Source: Chiloscyllium plagiosum
Lineage: Eukaryota
Length of the DNA stretch: 24,180 nt
Reading direction: 5' to 3'
NCBI RefSeq assembly: GCF_004010195.1
Contig: NC_057720.1
Location: 35,913,345-35,937,524 of the forward strand
Position 1 is the stretch's first letter. Each line of letters starts with the position of its first letter. Made by a program: the position numbers and the translations under genes. The notes below the pieces were generated by a model. The model saw nothing but the letters and a program-made list of their open reading frames with translations. It did not search any database and was not told the DNA's origin. Positions 21,025-24,180 of this stretch are shown piece by piece.

Positions 21025-21360
21025 TTTAAAATAATGAATGGGTCAGAAAGTTGACATAGAGAAGATATTTTCACTGGTGACTGAGTTCAAAATTTGTCTA
21101 TAAACCTTGAGGTTATTACTCTTGTAAATCCAATGAGAAATTCAGGAAAATTCTTTCCTCAGTGGTGATGATGCAAAAATTGCTGCCATGTGAGGAAGTA
21201 AGATAGCTGGTTCTCCTTTAAATGTATCTAAGTTCATGAGGGTGAAAGGTATAGAAGATAGATCTAGTTGGTAGGATTAGATGATTTTGCTTTGGAAGAG
21301 GCTTAATGTAGAACATAAGCACCAGTGGGGCTGAATGGCCTATTTCTGTACTGAACTTTC
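21025..21360 (+). mobile_element. Old CR1 LINE 3' end
   Basis: Decayed ORF2 end (aaataatgaatggg...gagaagatattttcactgg...aggaaaattctttcctcag) and terminal motif gggctgaatggcctatttctgtactg. Confidence 0.65.
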
Positions 21361-21986
21361 TCTGGAATAAATTTTTACCACAGCAACTTGCACCAAATTT
21401 GAACAGAAAAATATGCACAAGTTAAACTTTGGGTGGACTTTCATAGGGGTCTAAGTGACATGGGCTACGAGAAGATCTGTGGCTGAATCAAATGCAAAGT
21501 TCAGTAACGCCAATCTTGACACTAGGTACATCTCACCGCATCTTTTATGCGTTTGCTGAGTGGCAAGGTGAGTTTCTCACGAGGCAACTGTGTGTTGCCA
21601 ATTAAAGAGGATTATAGATTATTAAACACCTCATTAATGCTGCAATTGGCCTCATTAATATTCAGCTTTCTATATTATCAAATATGCCTGGACACTCTAT
21701 TCGTCAAGAACTCTTGACATGAAATTCAGAGTCATCATGAGGACTTCATCTCACCACAAGGAGTTTCCAGGCTGTCAAACAGCATCTCAAGGCATGATCC
21801 ACAGGCACCAGACCCCCACACTATTCATTCACAGACATTGGCATCTGGCATTTGCCAACCTCTCAGGACCACAATGGCACTTCTCCAATACATGTACGGG
21901 ATGCTCAAGAAGCACAGACCTGTGTTGCAAGTTGAACTGGCAACTAGGGTTGAAAGGCTGCTACAAGGATACTTTGTGCACAGAGA

Positions 21987-22782
21987 CAGGTGCTGCATTG
22001 TGGGAAAGCAAATCTTAGCAGGACTTATACACGTAATGGTAAGGTCTGAGGGAGTGTTGCTGAACAAAGAGACCTTGGAGTGCAGGTTCATAGCTCCTTG
22101 AAAGTGGAGTCGCAGGTAGATAGGATAGTGAAGAAGGCATTTGGTATGCTTTCCTTTATTGGTCAGACTATTGAGTACAGGAGTTGGGAGGTCATGTTGT
22201 GGCTGTACAGGACATTGGTTAGGCCACTATTGGAATATTGCATGCAATTCTGGTCTCTTTCCTATCAGAAAGATGTTGTGAAACATGAAAGGGTTCAGAA
22301 AAGATTTACAAGGATGTTGCCAGGGTTGGAGGATTTGAGCTATAGGGAGAGGTTGAATAGGTGAAGGCTGTTTTCCTTGGAGTGTCGGAGGCTGAGGGAT
22401 GACTTTATAGAGGTTTATAAAATCATGAGGGGCATGGATAGGGTAAGTAGACAAAGTCTTTTCACTGGGATGGTGGGGGAGTCCAGAACCAGAGGGCATA
22501 GGTTTAGGGTGAGAGTGGGAAGATATAAAAGAGACCTAAGGGGCAACTTTCTCACGCAGAGGGTGGTACATATATGAAAGGAGCTGCCAGAGGAAGTGGT
22601 GGAGGCTAGTACGATTGCAACATTTAAAAGGCATCTGGATGGGTTTATGATTAGGAAGAGTTTGGAGGGATATGGGCTAGGTGCTGGCAGATGGGACTAG
22701 ATTGGGTGGGTTATCTGGTCGGCATGGATGAGTTGGACCGAAGGATCTGTCTCCGTGCTGCACATCTCTATGACTCTATGAC
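21987..22782 (+). mobile_element. CR1 LINE, 5'-truncated ORF2 C-terminus, 3' UTR and (CTATGACT)n tail
   Basis: ORFs at 22080-22577 read VHSSLKVESQVDRIVKKAFGMLSFI...LYRTLVRPLLEYCMQFWS...RRLRDDFIEVYKIMRG...TRGH. The element ends in ctctatgactctatgac. Confidence 0.95.
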
Positions 22783-23802
22783 AAGTCTCCGCTCAAGAAT
22801 TGGATCAGGCTGCATCTTAGTTTCCTCTTTTGCTCCATTAGCACTTGCACTTAGTACCTACATGCATGCTCGCAACATCCCTGCTTTGCCATTCCATGCC
22901 TGTTGATGTGTTGACATTTGAACCAGAAACAAAGGCTTTCAGTACTGCCGTATTGACATGCTATCTTGTGCAGGTACACAGGCTGCTTGTCTTTCTTGTC
23001 ATTTGAAATCTGTCCAAAAACCGGAGTCAAATCTCGATGTTCACCCTGAAATGTCAATCTAATCCCAGTTTATGCCGTCTGCCCCGTACAGCAAACACAA
23101 AATCAGGTAGCCATGTTGGAAGTTGGTGGGAGCTAGTCTCAATCCGGTCAAGGGGTAAAGCTGCTGTCTGTCAGTTTTTCTGTTACTGTCGGTAATGGCC
23201 ACAGTCTGAACACAGTGCAGAGGCTTAGCGTTGTCAGTTGGCTGCATGGGACACTTGTAGTCGGGGGACTAGTAACTGTCTGTTGTCTGAAGAGTGAGTG
23301 TGAGTGGATGGACAATCTTGTGTGACCAGCATAAGCAGTGAGAGGAAACTCATATTGTTAGTCAGCAAGCTGCTAAGACAACAATCAGGGATCTGGTCAG
23401 TTTTCTCGAGCCTACATGTTGATGTTAGTTAGAGCCCTGTGGCAAATACAGTCCTGGTGGTCTGTCTGTCGATTGTTCAGAAGGGTGTAAGGGATACCGT
23501 AAGGACAGCAGGGACAAAAGTGCTGGAAGAGTTGTTTGGGGTGGGAAAGCAGATGAATTTGCAAAGGAAAGGACATGGATGGTGAAGGAGAATCTGTGTA
23601 CATGAGGGGCATGCACGAAGGCATTGGAGGGCATGAAATCTTATAATGATTGTGGTGGGTTTGGTGGTGAGGGGAGTTGGAGGAGGGATGGTGGTGTGGT
23701 CATGACAATGAGCATCACTGTAGTGTCCGCAGGATGGGCATCGTTAAGGTTTAACGCTGGGCTTCAGGTGACTGGAAGAACAGTAAGTCATAGTTAAATA
23801 TG

Positions 23803-24180
23803 GAGCTGAAAATGTGTTGCTGGACAATGAACTCATCTCTGTACATTGTCTCAGCTTGCTCCTGCCCCACCGAACTCATCTCTGCATACCTTGACACGGT
23901 CCTGTCCCTCTTAGTCCAAGAACTCCCCACCTACATTCGGGACACCACCCATGCCCTCCACCTCCTCCATGATTTTCGCTTCCCCGGTCCCCAACGCCTT
24001 ATCTTCACCATGGACATCCAGTCCCTGTACACCTCCATCCCCCATCACGAAGGACTCAAAGCCCTCCGCTTCTTCCTTTCCCACAGTACGAACCAGTACC
24101 CTTCCACTGACGCCCTCCTTCAACTGACTGAACTGGTCCTCACTCTGAACAACTTCTCTTTCCAACCCTCCCACTTCCTC
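23803..24180 (+). mobile_element. Penelope-like element reverse transcriptase fragment, 5'-truncated, running off the window end
   Basis: 23845-24180 is open for 112 codons: IVSACSCPTELISAYLDTVLSLLVQELPTYIRDTTHALHLLHDFRFPGPQRLIFTMDIQSLYTSIPHHEGLKALRFFL...ELVLTLNNFSF, with the PLE RT (RP)IVS and DxxSLYTxI motifs. A short inverted pLTR stub precedes it. Confidence 0.92.

Noticed and set aside
23911..24174. 87-aa minus-strand ORF
   Set aside because: It is the antisense shadow of the + strand PLE RT frame.
17432..24180. Next ERI3 exon (expected LPGQC...WINLKK)
   Set aside because: Not found by eye. It presumably lies beyond the window.

Overview
This is AT-rich vertebrate genomic DNA, most likely from a shark judging by the repeat families. 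It covers an internal part of the ERI3 gene (ERI1 exoribonuclease family member 3, a DEDDh 3'-5' exonuclease) on the + strand. Four coding exons are present (1187-1481, 8823-8939, 15007-15066, 17340-17431), all with canonical AG/GT borders. They splice to ...FLVLDFEATCDKQLIKPQ|EIIEFPILKLHGRTLEIEAVFHTYVQPVVHSELTPFCTE|LTGIVQSMVDGKPTLQEALQ|MVDDWMRKEGLLDPKVNSIFVTCGDWDLKT(M). The promoter and the remaining 3' exons were not found in the window. The introns contain CR1 and L2 LINE fragments of several ages, tRNA-derived, HE1-like and Deu-domain SINEs, and a Tigger-like MITE. They also contain many Penelope-like element (PLE) pieces: two GIY-YIG/pLTR 3' ends, one RT fragment and several short fold-back derivatives. 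The most notable signal is a set of minimal hammerhead ribozyme motifs in the PLE pieces. Every recognisable core lies antisense to ERI3, and the sense-strand arms have lost theirs. Other points of interest are a two-AUG N-terminus with presequence-like composition and a few repeat-free, motif-rich intronic blocks that may be enhancers. Repeat family names come from recognition by eye, not from a database search.
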